A DNA stretch of 26,515 nt from a virus (Duplodnaviria; Caudoviricetes): positions 1 to 26,515 of IMG/VR virus record IMGVR_UViG_3300027883_000021, one strand, 5' to 3'. Position numbers and translations under genes: made by a program. The notes beneath the pieces are model-generated. The model did no database searches. It saw only the letters and a program-made list of their open reading frames with translations, and was not told where the DNA came from. This document shows positions 8,832-17,382 of the stretch, piece after piece (within the stretch, counting starts at the first letter, position 1; the number at the start of each line of letters is the position of its first letter).

Positions 8832-9770
8832 TCAATCGTCGAAGTCGAGGTTATCTAATGCTTCGTCTATGCTGTCGTAGTCGTCAACCTTTGCCGTAGG
8901 TGCTGCCGCTACAGGCTCGGGTGCAGCTACAGGCTCAGGTGCAGCTACAGGCTCAGGTGCAGCTACAGGTGCAGCTACAGGTAAAGGTAAAGGCCAAGGT
9001 GCTACAGGCGTGGGGGCCACCTCGGCAGCCTTGTGCTCGGTCTCTGGCGTTATAGGGTTAGACGTTCCTGTGATCGAAGCGATGGTTTCGGCTTCTTCGA
9101 CCAGCACAGCTTCGATCTGCGCAAGTTCTTCTGCTTCTACAAAGCGCATTGCCTTAAAGGTCAGGGCAGGGTGGGCCACGTTGTAGTCAAACCCGATCTT
9201 CGTCATCACGTGATGAGGTTCTACACCACGCTTCGCCAGCTGTGCGCCGTAGGCACCAAGCGTTTTCAGTGACGCCGCAGGTACGCGGATGAGCATTGGA
9301 TCGTTTAGCTGGTCCGGTGGTGATAGTGCCAAGCGCATAGAGTCACCACATGCTTTGCCTTTGCCGCCGTTGTCGGTGATGCGTGATCCCCACTGGTTGT
9401 GTGGGCAAACCGCGCACTTTTTAGATTGCGCGTTATCAGCGTCAGCCGCTGGAGCAATGCCGTCGTTGCTGTAGCATGTAGGCTTCGCCACTGAACCTTC
9501 TTCGTAACCGTGGTCGTAGTAGACCTTGGACTTGTGTGGGTTCACCGCGACAATGATTGCCTCGAGTGAAGCAGCTGGTTCGCCCTCCTCCCCCTTAGTT
9601 ACAAGTGTTTTATCGTCACCACGTTGGATGTGGAAAACTTTCCCCTTGATGGAAATGACAGGGAAGCCGCCAGCCGACACCGCATTAGCGAAGACGTTGT
9701 CAGTTTTTACTTTTCCCGCTAGGTGAGCGGGCAGTTTTGTTGCCGCAAAAGCGACCATATCGTTAGCCAT
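8832..9770 (-). CDS. Putative single-stranded DNA-binding protein
   Basis: Lies in the replication module; Cys motifs PTCYS, KCAVC and GKAC; Pro/Ala linker; acidic-aromatic C-terminal tail DEALDNLDFDD. Confidence 0.65.
   Translation of the reverse strand: MANDMVAFAATKLPAHLAGKVKTDNVFANAVSAGGFPVISIKGKVFHIQRGDDKTLVTKGEEGEPAASLEAIIVAVNPHKSKVYYDHGYEEGSVAKPTCYSNDGIAPAADADNAQSKKCAVCPHNQWGSRITDNGGKGKACGDSMRLALSPPDQLNDPMLIRVPAASLKTLGAYGAQLAKRGVEPHHVMTKIGFDYNVAHPALTFKAMRFVEAEELAQIEAVLVEEAETIASITGTSNPITPETEHKAAEVAPTPVAPWPLPLPVAAPVAAPEPVAAPEPVAAPEPVAAAPTAKVDDYDSIDEALDNLDFDD
8908..8982 (-). repeat. In-frame 18-bp/12-bp tandem repeat encoding PVAAPE
   Basis: About three GCTACAGGCTCAGGTGCA-like units plus GCTACAGGTGCA units. 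Confidence 0.85.
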
Positions 9771-9785
9771 TGTATTTACCTCTGG

Positions 9786-10187
9786 TTATTTGCGGCGGAA
9801 GTTTACTACTTGTGTTTCCGACCAGTTGACGCCGGGTGGGAGATCACCTTCGACGGATTTAAACTGCTCAACAGCAGTCTTGTTGACGCGGCGCTCTAGC
9901 ATCTCCCAAGCACCGTTTTCTTTGACGTGATCGAGGAACGAGTCCCAGTCGCCTACAGTGGCAGACGCACGTGTTGACCTGTAAGCAGTTCCTACGTTAC
10001 GGGCAGCCACGTTGTCGATGCCACGCGACTGAAACCGTTTGAGAAACTCTACTTCGATCTTGTCTTGTTTGCCTTTGTCACCGGAGTCGTCGTCCGAGTA
10101 CGCGGCTTTACGTTGTGCGCGTCTTTCGCGCAGTCCGATGAATATCTTTAGCAGCGATAAGTCATCCAGTTCTGATATTGTTGCCAT
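9786..10187 (-). CDS. Conserved phage protein found next to SSB genes
   Basis: N-terminal coiled coil; G-TAYRS...DWDSF...LERRV...LPPGV pattern that I recognise from phage replication modules. Confidence 0.6.
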   Translation of the reverse strand: MATISELDDLSLLKIFIGLRERRAQRKAAYSDDDSGDKGKQDKIEVEFLKRFQSRGIDNVAARNVGTAYRSTRASATVGDWDSFLDHVKENGAWEMLERRVNKTAVEQFKSVEGDLPPGVNWSETQVVNFRRK

Positions 10188-10365
10188 CTTCTTTCTCCCT
10201 TTTTGAGTTTAGCCACTCGTCAATTTCAGCTTCGTCCCAACGCAGAACCTTCTGCGAGACTCTTATCGGTTGGGGGAAGCTAGCCTCTCGCCTTCGCAGA
10301 CCGGGTAGTGCTGCTTTGGTGATGCCTAGCTTCTCCGAAACCTGTTCAGGTTTAAGTAAGTCCAT
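10162..10365 (-). CDS. AlpA/excisionase-like helix-turn-helix regulator
   Basis: LLKPEQVSEKLGIT...FPQPIRVS...RWDEAEIDEWL is a typical AlpA pattern. Confidence 0.85.
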   Translation of the reverse strand: MDLLKPEQVSEKLGITKAALPGLRRREASFPQPIRVSQKVLRWDEAEIDEWLNSKREKEDGNNIRTG

Positions 10366-10387
10366 TGTGTCAGTTACCTCTAGGTGT

Positions 10388-10430
10388 GTTCACATGTAAA
10401 CAGATTAGTTCATATGCGATCAGGGGTCAA
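10388..10430 (-). promoter_or_regulatory. Sigma70 promoter with adjacent operator
   Basis: TTGACC (10430-10425), 17-bp spacer, TAATCT (10407-10402); palindrome GTTCACATGTAAAC at 10388-10401 covers the start site. Confidence 0.7.
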
Positions 10431-11998
10431 GACATCACGGCTTCCCGATTTGCCTTGATTTCGTCCAGTAACGCACCCTGCATCTTCTGCTTGGTCCGTA
10501 AACGTTTGTAGATGCGCTTCTCTACTGGAGTACCTTCGAGCATTATGATGAAGTTGTTCATCTTCTGGCCGGGTCTGTTGATCCGACCGTTGGCTTGCTC
10601 GAAGACTTCGTTCGACGTGACGCATGAATACCAAATGATGGTAGATGCGGACGTCAGCGTCAGACCGTGGGACATAGCGGCGGGTTGTGCCACGATAACC
10701 TTTGGTTCTTTGCTCTTCTGGAACGCACCGAATATACGGTCACGCTCATCTTTCTTTACTCCCCCGTGGATCACTTCAACTGAGAAGTCCTTGCTGAGTT
10801 CTTCAGCGACCATGCGTACCGAACTAACGTAGGGTACAAACACGATCACCTTGCCCTCTGCTTGGCGTACGATCTCGCGGGTCTCTTCAATCCTCGGCGA
10901 CGACGGGATGGTAATCTCTTTCTTGTCGTTGGAGTAGACTACGCCACAGGCAATCTGGACTAACTTGCCCATCTTGACCGCTTCGTTGACTGCTGTGATT
11001 TCACCTTCTTCAGCCTCAGTGCGCATCCGCGCGACCATTTCTTTGTAGGCTTTGTTCTGCTCTTTGGTCAGCGGCACTTGGCGCGTCTCGTACATCAATG
11101 GTGGCAAGTCGAGGCACTCGTCGCGGGTGAACCTGACTGATGGCTGCATCACAGCTTGAACGATCTCGGTAGCATCGGACTTAGGAATCCACGAGAATTG
11201 ACCAAGCTGCCGCATGACTTGCCCTTTGAAGCGATTGAAGTACGGCGGTACGCTCTCAGGGTTAATCAGTCTGCACTGCGCCCAAGCGTCTGTAGGAGCG
11301 TTCGGTGTTGGTGTCCCCGTCATACCCCAGCAGTAGCGTGGAATACCTTGACGGTTCACAACCTTGTTGATTGCTTTCCAGCGATCTGTACCTGCGTTGC
11401 GCGCAGCCTGTGCGATCTCGTCGATGATAATGATGTCGATGTCAGGTCGGTCTTTGAGGTGCGGCTCGATGATCTGTAGGCCGTCATGGTTAATGATGTA
11501 GATGTCCACGTCGGTCTTGAGCATCTTTACGCGCTTATCACGGGAGCCGTGCAGTACCGCAGTCTCTAAGTGTGGGAAGTGTTGGAACACCTCGTCGGCC
11601 CACGTGCGCTCCAGAGTGGAGAGCGGCGACACGATCAGCGCCTTGTTCACCTTACCGATGCCACGCAGGTAGTCGTATGCCCACAACGACGCGAGTGACT
11701 TACCCGTGCCTAGCTCGGACAGATTGAACGCACGATCATACATAGATAAGAACGCAGCAGCCTCGCGCTGTGCATCGAACGGCTTGAAGCGGCCCGGCCA
11801 GTCGTAATATTCACGTATTGGAGCAGGGGGTTCGTAGCCTAAGTTCTTTAGCATCTTGGTCTCGGCTAGCTTGTGTGGCACCGCCACGTAGGGGATACCT
11901 TTAACTGTGAAGGTCTTAGCCGATGGTATAATGTTTGTGATGCGTTCGGGTGTTCTGCTTTTAAGCAGCAGCGCTTTCTTTTCTTTCCAGACTAACAT
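10427..11998 (-). CDS. SNF2-family (SF2) helicase
   Basis: ELGTGKS (motif I), IIIDEIA (II), MTGTP (III), HGLTLT (V), QANGRINRPGQ (VI). Start placed at ATG 11998 after GAGG. Confidence 0.9.
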   Translation of the reverse strand: MLVWKEKKALLLKSRTPERITNIIPSAKTFTVKGIPYVAVPHKLAETKMLKNLGYEPPAPIREYYDWPGRFKPFDAQREAAAFLSMYDRAFNLSELGTGKSLASLWAYDYLRGIGKVNKALIVSPLSTLERTWADEVFQHFPHLETAVLHGSRDKRVKMLKTDVDIYIINHDGLQIIEPHLKDRPDIDIIIIDEIAQAARNAGTDRWKAINKVVNRQGIPRYCWGMTGTPTPNAPTDAWAQCRLINPESVPPYFNRFKGQVMRQLGQFSWIPKSDATEIVQAVMQPSVRFTRDECLDLPPLMYETRQVPLTKEQNKAYKEMVARMRTEAEEGEITAVNEAVKMGKLVQIACGVVYSNDKKEITIPSSPRIEETREIVRQAEGKVIVFVPYVSSVRMVAEELSKDFSVEVIHGGVKKDERDRIFGAFQKSKEPKVIVAQPAAMSHGLTLTSASTIIWYSCVTSNEVFEQANGRINRPGQKMNNFIIMLEGTPVEKRIYKRLRTKQKMQGALLDEIKANREAVMS

Positions 11999-12413
11999 GG
12001 GAAACCTCATCTAATTCTGCGTCTATTTGTCGAATGCGTTCGTCGCAGACGTGCTTGATTTTTTCGTAGTCGAGGCGGCGTTGGCCGGGCTTGTCTCGAA
12101 GTACGCGCTTGATGATGTCAGCGTCCCAAGGGTCTAGCTGGTACTCTAGCCAGATGTCCCATGGCTGTATCTTGTGCTTGGCGTAGTTTGACTCTCCAAT
12201 ATTGTGGTCACGCGTTGGCAGATTGTAGCGCCAAGTCTCGGATGAAATCCGGTCGATGTAACTTTGTGCTTCGGCTTCAGTGATGTCGCAGTTTAGGGCG
12301 ATGTCTATGGCGTCGGCTGTTGCTCTATGCTTCAACAGGTATGCCCAAACTCGTTCTTCAGCCTTGCTGTCGGTATAAAACTTACCGTCCGCTCCTAGTC
12401 TCTCTATCATCAC
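11961..12413 (-). CDS. DUF3310-like protein with an N-terminal HTH-like segment
   Basis: NYAKHKIQPWDI...ADIIKRVLR...DYEK resembles DUF3310 (HY...IQP...N.IKY..R...DL.K). Confidence 0.6.
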   Translation of the reverse strand: MMIERLGADGKFYTDSKAEERVWAYLLKHRATADAIDIALNCDITEAEAQSYIDRISSETWRYNLPTRDHNIGESNYAKHKIQPWDIWLEYQLDPWDADIIKRVLRDKPGQRRLDYEKIKHVCDERIRQIDAELDEVSHVSLERKESAAA

Positions 12414-12682
12414 TTCCCTCCTTTTGTGTACATGCCGGGTTTCTTACCACGCCAGCCTTTGTTAGCTGCGGCGCTCACCACACGGGTGTTTGACTTGGCA
12501 GTGCTACCGCCAGCGTCGAGTGGCACCTTGTGGTCGATGTGCTTACCATCACCCTTCGTGACGCGGCCTTCTTTAACGGCCTCGCGGCGGGCTTTGTTGT
12601 TCGCCACGCGTTTTGCCTGCACTTTCGGCTTCTTGTTGTAAGCTGCCTTAGTGGCTAACTCCTGCTTGGATGACTTTGGCAT
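12410..12682 (-). CDS. Small HNH-like endonuclease
   Basis: HIDHKVPLDAGGSTAKSNTRVVSAAAN is an HNH/HNN pattern. Start MPKSSK at 12682 overlaps the upstream TAA. Confidence 0.7.
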   Translation of the reverse strand: MPKSSKQELATKAAYNKKPKVQAKRVANNKARREAVKEGRVTKGDGKHIDHKVPLDAGGSTAKSNTRVVSAAANKGWRGKKPGMYTKGGK

Positions 12683-12897
12683 TAGTGTTGTATCCTTTGC
12701 GACGGTGGGGTGAACCTTTCTTCGGCTTCGAGCACATCGTTGACGTACATTTCTACGTGAGTGTCGCACATAAAGTTTTTGTATTTTTTCACCCACGCGT
12801 TGTACGTGATTAAGCCGTGTTGAAGCTCTTCGATCATATCCCGCATTTCCAGATGCTCACGCGCAAGGTTTAATGCTGGGTTCCACGATTTGGTCAT
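12682..12897 (-). CDS. Hypothetical protein
   Basis: AGGAG RBS; coupled to neighbouring genes. Confidence 0.6.
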   Translation of the reverse strand: MTKSWNPALNLAREHLEMRDMIEELQHGLITYNAWVKKYKNFMCDTHVEMYVNDVLEAEERFTPPSQRIQH

Positions 12898-13237
12898 AGT
12901 CTGCTCCTTTCTTAACCCTGAACATGCCCTTCAGGCTTGGGTCGATCTCCATCACCAATCGGGAGATGAAGGGCGTCATGTTGTTCGATAGTTTGAACTG
13001 CGTCTCGTTTTCGCTAACGAGCGTGTCCCATCGAATGCGTTCGCGGATGCAGTAAGCAGAGTAGTAGGCACGTCCCCCGCGGCAGTTGAGCATCTGAGCG
13101 TAGGTCAGAAACTGTCCCACGACGTGCGTGTTCTCGCGCAACCACTCAATAAATTCTTTTCGCCTCTCTAACAATAAGCCCGAAAACATCGCGGGGTTAT
13201 TCGTCAGAGCGCGGATTATTTTTTCTGGTAAGTTCAT
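12857..13237 (-). CDS. Conserved phage hypothetical protein
   Basis: YSA..I.ERIRW...FKLSNN..P..SR...P.L.GMF pattern, common in phage genomes; GGAGG RBS. Confidence 0.65.
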   Translation of the reverse strand: MNLPEKIIRALTNNPAMFSGLLLERRKEFIEWLRENTHVVGQFLTYAQMLNCRGGRAYYSAYCIRERIRWDTLVSENETQFKLSNNMTPFISRLVMEIDPSLKGMFRVKKGADYDQIVEPSIKPCA

Positions 13238-13517
13238 TGATAGCCTCCTTCACTTGTTCAACGTCGTCAACAACAAGTGCTAACCCGTAAGCACTTATTA
13301 TGTCGTTAATTTCACGTTCTTGGTTAGCAGTGACGTTCTTTATTTTGCCGGGTGCCTTCGTCTCAAACGCCATGAATAAACCTTTGTAGCAGACCAGTAT
13401 GTCTGGGCAGCCAACGCGGCCCATGCCGTTAATCACAGGCATGTAGTACCACGCGCCGATAGACTGGAGGTACTCTTTGACTTTCTTCTTAACTTTGCCC
13501 TCTGGAGTCATACCCAT
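13197..13517 (-). CDS. VRR-NUC nuclease (putative Holliday junction resolvase)
   Basis: TPEGKVK...GCPDILVC..G.FMAFETK PD-(D/E)XK signature. Confidence 0.88.
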   Translation of the reverse strand: MGMTPEGKVKKKVKEYLQSIGAWYYMPVINGMGRVGCPDILVCYKGLFMAFETKAPGKIKNVTANQEREINDIISAYGLALVVDDVEQVKEAINELTRKNNPRSDE

Positions 13518-13684
13518 CAGTGAACTTGCTCCTCTAAATAGTCGCCGTACATAGCAACATAGCTCTCTAAACGGTGCAAAAGCTCCAGCTCGATGGAGGT
13601 TAGGTGCTTTTCTTTAACCGCGGCTTCGAGAAGCTCGTTGTTTGTCAGCGTCATTATATCATCGACCTGCATTTTTCGTAACAT
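13517..13684 (-). CDS. Hypothetical protein (55 aa, not in ORF track)
   Basis: MLRKMQVDDIMTLTNNELLE...EEQVH; fills the gap exactly, with a TGATG overlap into VRR-NUC. Confidence 0.6.
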   Translation of the reverse strand: MLRKMQVDDIMTLTNNELLEAAVKEKHLTSIELELLHRLESYVAMYGDYLEEQVH

Positions 13685-13685
13685 A

Positions 13686-14351
13686 TCACTCTCCGCAAAA
13701 TTCGCATAGCTGGCGACCCACTGGGCACCATTTCTTGCAGAGCCCGCTCGGTTTAGGGGTCCACTTGTCCTGATCGTAGGCGATGGCTACCCGCGCTAGA
13801 CGGGGCATAAACTCGCTCCATATCTCTGGCAGCTGCCCACGCGTGAACACCTCCTTATCAAACTCGGAAGTCTTGAGCCAAATAAACCCCGTCACAACTT
13901 TGTCTACCCAAGGGTACATCGCAAACGCCAGCGCCGCAAAGAGCTTTAGCTGGTTAGAGTCTGGGCGACGTTTGCCTGTCTTCCAGTCGAGCAAGTATGC
14001 TTTCTCAGAACCAACGACGCCGATGTCGATGATGCCACGAACCCAGACGTCCTTGGCCATCCATGTCGTTGGTCTGAAATTTCGGTCAAGCGCGACGCGT
14101 TCTTCAACGACACGCTTACCCTCGTAGCTTTGTATTTTCTTAACGTACTTTGCGTATCTCTCGAGATCGGGCGAGAGAGGTTTGCCGCTTCTGGCGAAGT
14201 CCTCAAGAGCCTTATGTACCTTATTACCCCAGACCGTGGCTTCAGTCTGGGACTCTCGTACCTGCTTTGTCACTCGCGTTAGCTGAAAGCGGCGTGGGCA
14301 GGTCTCGAAGGCTGTTAGCGCGGAATAGCTCCACGCCTTTTTTAGTTCCAT
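13686..14351 (-). CDS. Cas4/RecB-like PD-(D/E)XK exonuclease
   Basis: WSYS...CPR, G..VH, GIID, DWKTG and QL motifs; C-terminal CKKWC...C..C putative Fe-S ligands. Confidence 0.88.
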   Translation of the reverse strand: MELKKAWSYSALTAFETCPRRFQLTRVTKQVRESQTEATVWGNKVHKALEDFARSGKPLSPDLERYAKYVKKIQSYEGKRVVEERVALDRNFRPTTWMAKDVWVRGIIDIGVVGSEKAYLLDWKTGKRRPDSNQLKLFAALAFAMYPWVDKVVTGFIWLKTSEFDKEVFTRGQLPEIWSEFMPRLARVAIAYDQDKWTPKPSGLCKKWCPVGRQLCEFCGE

Positions 14352-14905
14352 GGCGGTAAGTCTCCTTCATGTATTTCGGTGTCTATTACGTCCCAGAACT
14401 CGAGCAGAGCCTCAGTGCGATCTTCGGTCGACAGGTGCTCGCCGCCTGAGTTGCTGCGGACGGTAGTAAGAAATTCTAAACGCCGTTTTGCCCACTTGTG
14501 TTCTACGTCTGTCATCCACTGTATGCGCGTGGGGTAGGGCACTGGTCCGTGTAGCGCTTCTGCTTTTTCCATGGCCCTTCCCATTCGCTCTCGGCGTACC
14601 TGCTGAACATAACGTCCGTTAGTGCGCCTATAGATAGCTTGAATCTCTACGAACTCTGCGCTTCTGCGGTCAAAATTACCCCGAAGCTCCAGCAAGTATT
14701 GAGCAAAACCTCCAAGGTCGTTGGCGTATGCCATAACAAGCGGTCGTAAAACCTCGTGTTGTTTAGCAAGTAAAAATAGTTCGGGGTTGGCCACATAGCT
14801 TTGCATATGTTTATCTGCTGTGTTGAGCCATTTTGAGATAGCGTTGGGGTTCCTTAGAAAGAACTCCGTGCATCCCCGTACTTCGTTAGTTGGTGTATAT
14901 TCCAT
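14342..14905 (-). CDS. Hypothetical protein (187 aa)
   Basis: Long ORF in operon orientation, overlapping the exonuclease start. Confidence 0.7.
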   Translation of the reverse strand: MEYTPTNEVRGCTEFFLRNPNAISKWLNTADKHMQSYVANPELFLLAKQHEVLRPLVMAYANDLGGFAQYLLELRGNFDRRSAEFVEIQAIYRRTNGRYVQQVRRERMGRAMEKAEALHGPVPYPTRIQWMTDVEHKWAKRRLEFLTTVRSNSGGEHLSTEDRTEALLEFWDVIDTEIHEGDLPPWN

Positions 14906-15206
14906 TTACCGTCATCCGATTTTTTCGCGACCAGTCAATGAGGATTTTTCCACCACTGGCGATCAACGCTAATGCTAATTTAAGACCACCCGTTCGGGTC
15001 ATGTACTTCCCAACGGTAGGCGCTAATTCAAACCTACTGCGCACACCACCGCCTACTCGGGTCATGTACTTCCCCCCACGTAGAATCGTTGGTGGGCCTG
15101 TTGGTGTCTTAATCTTCGGACCCCGTGGGTAACACCCACTGATCGACTGATGGCGGCGTTTTGCTTGCCGCTGATAGCAGACCTGACGTTCAAGAATTAG
15201 TCTCAT
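14886..15206 (-). CDS. Basic Gly/Arg-rich hypothetical protein with an internal GKYMTR repeat
   Basis: AGGGAG RBS before ATG 15206; an 18-bp direct repeat at 63-bp (in-frame) spacing. Confidence 0.45.
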   Translation of the reverse strand: MRLILERQVCYQRQAKRRHQSISGCYPRGPKIKTPTGPPTILRGGKYMTRVGGGVRSRFELAPTVGKYMTRTGGLKLALALIASGGKILIDWSRKNRMTVNGIYTN

Positions 15207-15229
15207 ATTTTTCTTACTCCCTGTTATCT

Positions 15230-15277
15230 GTTTACGTGTATACGGTAGTGTGCGCACTTATATGAACGCGTGTAAAC
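15230..15277. promoter_or_regulatory. Operator pair downstream of DNA polymerase
   Basis: GTTTACGTGTATAC (15230-15243) and half-conserved GAACGCGTGTAAAC (15264-15277). Confidence 0.55.
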
Positions 15278-15280
15278 ATG

Positions 15281-17200
15281 TTATTTAGCATCACCATATG
15301 TATCCGCAATGTCGCCTTCGCTCCATGTCACTAGCTCTGGCCACCAGAGTGGCGGTGTGCGCATTACCTTTTGCACTACATCTAGTAGCGGTTGGGCCTC
15401 ATCTTCGGGAACCACATAGACTAATTCATCGTGAACCATCAAAGCCGGGTCTAAACCAGTAACCTTTTGTACTGTTAACGCGTTGTCAGCGATCACACAC
15501 CGGGCGAGGTGTTGGACGATATTCTCGTCGATCTTACCCGCATAGATTCGCGCCTTGTTGCGCCCGTTGCCGTAGATAAACTCCATGCGATTGTCGTCTT
15601 CGTTACGCTCGGTGCGTAGGTCTGGGTAGCGGATGATTCCCTTGGGTGTCTTGAGACCTTCGGGGACAGGGTAGACCATGCCCCACGGGTCGACGGCTTT
15701 GCCTGTTGCACCCTGCATAATCGTTGGCAGCGCGCCGTGGCACGTCCGCCAGCCCGAAGTGATCTCGCTGTATGTATCGCGCCAGCGGTTGACGATGTCT
15801 CGGCTCTCGTCCTCGGTGATGTCGACGCCGCCCATGAGCTTGGCAACAGTCATAAAGGTCTTCCATCCAGCCCCAAAACCTAACCCAAGGTGCGCAACCT
15901 TACCGACTTGGCGTTGGACCTTGGTCACTTCATCGAACGGGATGTCGTAAAGTTTACTGGCGAAGTCCTTATACAGATCAGCTTTCTCAGGGTCAGCCTT
16001 GAACATATCCATACTAGACGGGACTTGCCATAAGAAGTGGTTGACGCGTAGCTCGATCCCGGACAGGTCGGCGACGACGACTTTGTGGCCCGGTGGAGCG
16101 ACGAGCGACTTACGCAGTGCGTCCGACGGGCGAGGGTTGTACGGGTTGATGCGTGGTAAATTCTGTGGGTTATAACCCCAGCCACTCCATCTGCCAGTGG
16201 TGTCGGCCCCGTAGTATTTGAGTGGGATCGGTAGTTTGGACTGCGGGTGTGCGGCGGCTGCGTCGAGGAACGCTTGGATGCGTGTCTGCAAGATAGTCGA
16301 CTTCGCCTCTAGTCGGGCCGCAGCCGCGTTGGCGACAATGGGGTTGTCGTGTTCCTGCAACGCAATGAAGTCCTCATCAGTTTTGGCCAGCGCCGGAATT
16401 TCTTTACCGGTACGGGGTGAAACCTTGGTGGGAACAGGTACTCCAAGGGATTGCAGGAACACCGCAAACTTAGCAGCCGACGACAGTAATTTCAACGCGG
16501 CATCTGCATTCACGTTAGCACTTTCTAGGGGGTCGTAGGTGTCTAAAATCTTAGACGCTTCCACCAGCATAGCTTTCTTACGCACACTTTCTTCAATTAA
16601 GGTGCGCTGGAGTAACGCAGTGTTGGATTCGAACTGTGGCTCCACCAGCATACGGATTGTCATGTCGATCAGCTTGACCTCTTCGCGGCGGGTCTGCTTG
16701 ATGAGTCGTCGCAGTAACTCGTAGCACTGGTCTACGTCGGCGACGTTGTATCTACCCATGTCAGCAATCTCTTGCTCAGTAAAATCACACAGGTGTTTAC
16801 CCTTGGTGGCGATCAGCGCCGACTGGTCTTTGTACCCCAGCTTGTAGTGCGCCACGAGTTTGGCGAGTGATAGGCCAACGTCCTTCGCGTGGATAGGCCG
16901 CGCCATAGCGAGGGTGCAGCCCCAGAGTTTAGGTTTGATGTCCATACGCCACGACAGGATCATAGAGTCGAAGCCCGAAAGGTTATGCCCGACGACCCAG
17001 TATTGTGACCAGTCGACCTTGCTAGCGTACGCAATCACGTTCGCCTCGCCAAAGACAACCTCGGTGGGTTCGTCATCGAACTTGAACGCGCAGCTGATGA
17101 TCTCCGTGTCGGGGTGCATACAGTACGCGATGGGGGACATTTTGCTCAGCGAGTGTGTGACTGACCAGTACGTCTCTAAGTCGACGGTGCATATCTTCAT
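15281..17200 (-). CDS. polA: Family A DNA polymerase with 3'-5' exonuclease domain
   Basis: ExoI DLET, ExoII HN..FD, ExoIII Y...D; TGRWS...NPQNLP; motif A DLSGIELR; motif B RQVGKVAHLGLGFG; motif C VHDE. Confidence 0.95.
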   Translation of the reverse strand: MKICTVDLETYWSVTHSLSKMSPIAYCMHPDTEIISCAFKFDDEPTEVVFGEANVIAYASKVDWSQYWVVGHNLSGFDSMILSWRMDIKPKLWGCTLAMARPIHAKDVGLSLAKLVAHYKLGYKDQSALIATKGKHLCDFTEQEIADMGRYNVADVDQCYELLRRLIKQTRREEVKLIDMTIRMLVEPQFESNTALLQRTLIEESVRKKAMLVEASKILDTYDPLESANVNADAALKLLSSAAKFAVFLQSLGVPVPTKVSPRTGKEIPALAKTDEDFIALQEHDNPIVANAAAARLEAKSTILQTRIQAFLDAAAAHPQSKLPIPLKYYGADTTGRWSGWGYNPQNLPRINPYNPRPSDALRKSLVAPPGHKVVVADLSGIELRVNHFLWQVPSSMDMFKADPEKADLYKDFASKLYDIPFDEVTKVQRQVGKVAHLGLGFGAGWKTFMTVAKLMGGVDITEDESRDIVNRWRDTYSEITSGWRTCHGALPTIMQGATGKAVDPWGMVYPVPEGLKTPKGIIRYPDLRTERNEDDNRMEFIYGNGRNKARIYAGKIDENIVQHLARCVIADNALTVQKVTGLDPALMVHDELVYVVPEDEAQPLLDVVQKVMRTPPLWWPELVTWSEGDIADTYGDAK

Positions 17201-17382
17201 TCCACATCCTCCACGGTGTAGATAATTTTACCGTTGTCGTCGCGGACGTAATCACCGTCGTAGCTATCAACGAAGTAGTCATTAAGCCCGTCTTCAACTA
17301 ATTGAATTGCGGCATCCTCGTCAGTAGCGTCTACTTCGTGGCACTCGCAGACTGTGTAGCTTCTCAGCACGTTATACATCAT
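17197..17382 (-). CDS. Small acidic protein (DpnD/PcfM-like)
   Basis: Y.V...EVDATDEDAAIQLV pattern; ATGA coupling on both sides. Confidence 0.6.
   Translation of the reverse strand: MMYNVLRSYTVCECHEVDATDEDAAIQLVEDGLNDYFVDSYDGDYVRDDNGKIIYTVEDVE

Noticed and set aside
11410-11430. SNF2 motif II reads DEIA instead of DExH, suggesting an inactive helicase
   Set aside because: The catalytic DE and all other motifs are intact, and variation at this position is common in phage SNF2 proteins.
14994-15074. Mini-CRISPR array near the Cas4-like gene
   Set aside because: Only two 18-bp non-palindromic repeats at in-frame spacing, and no other cas genes. Stand-alone Cas4-like exonucleases are normal in phage replication modules.
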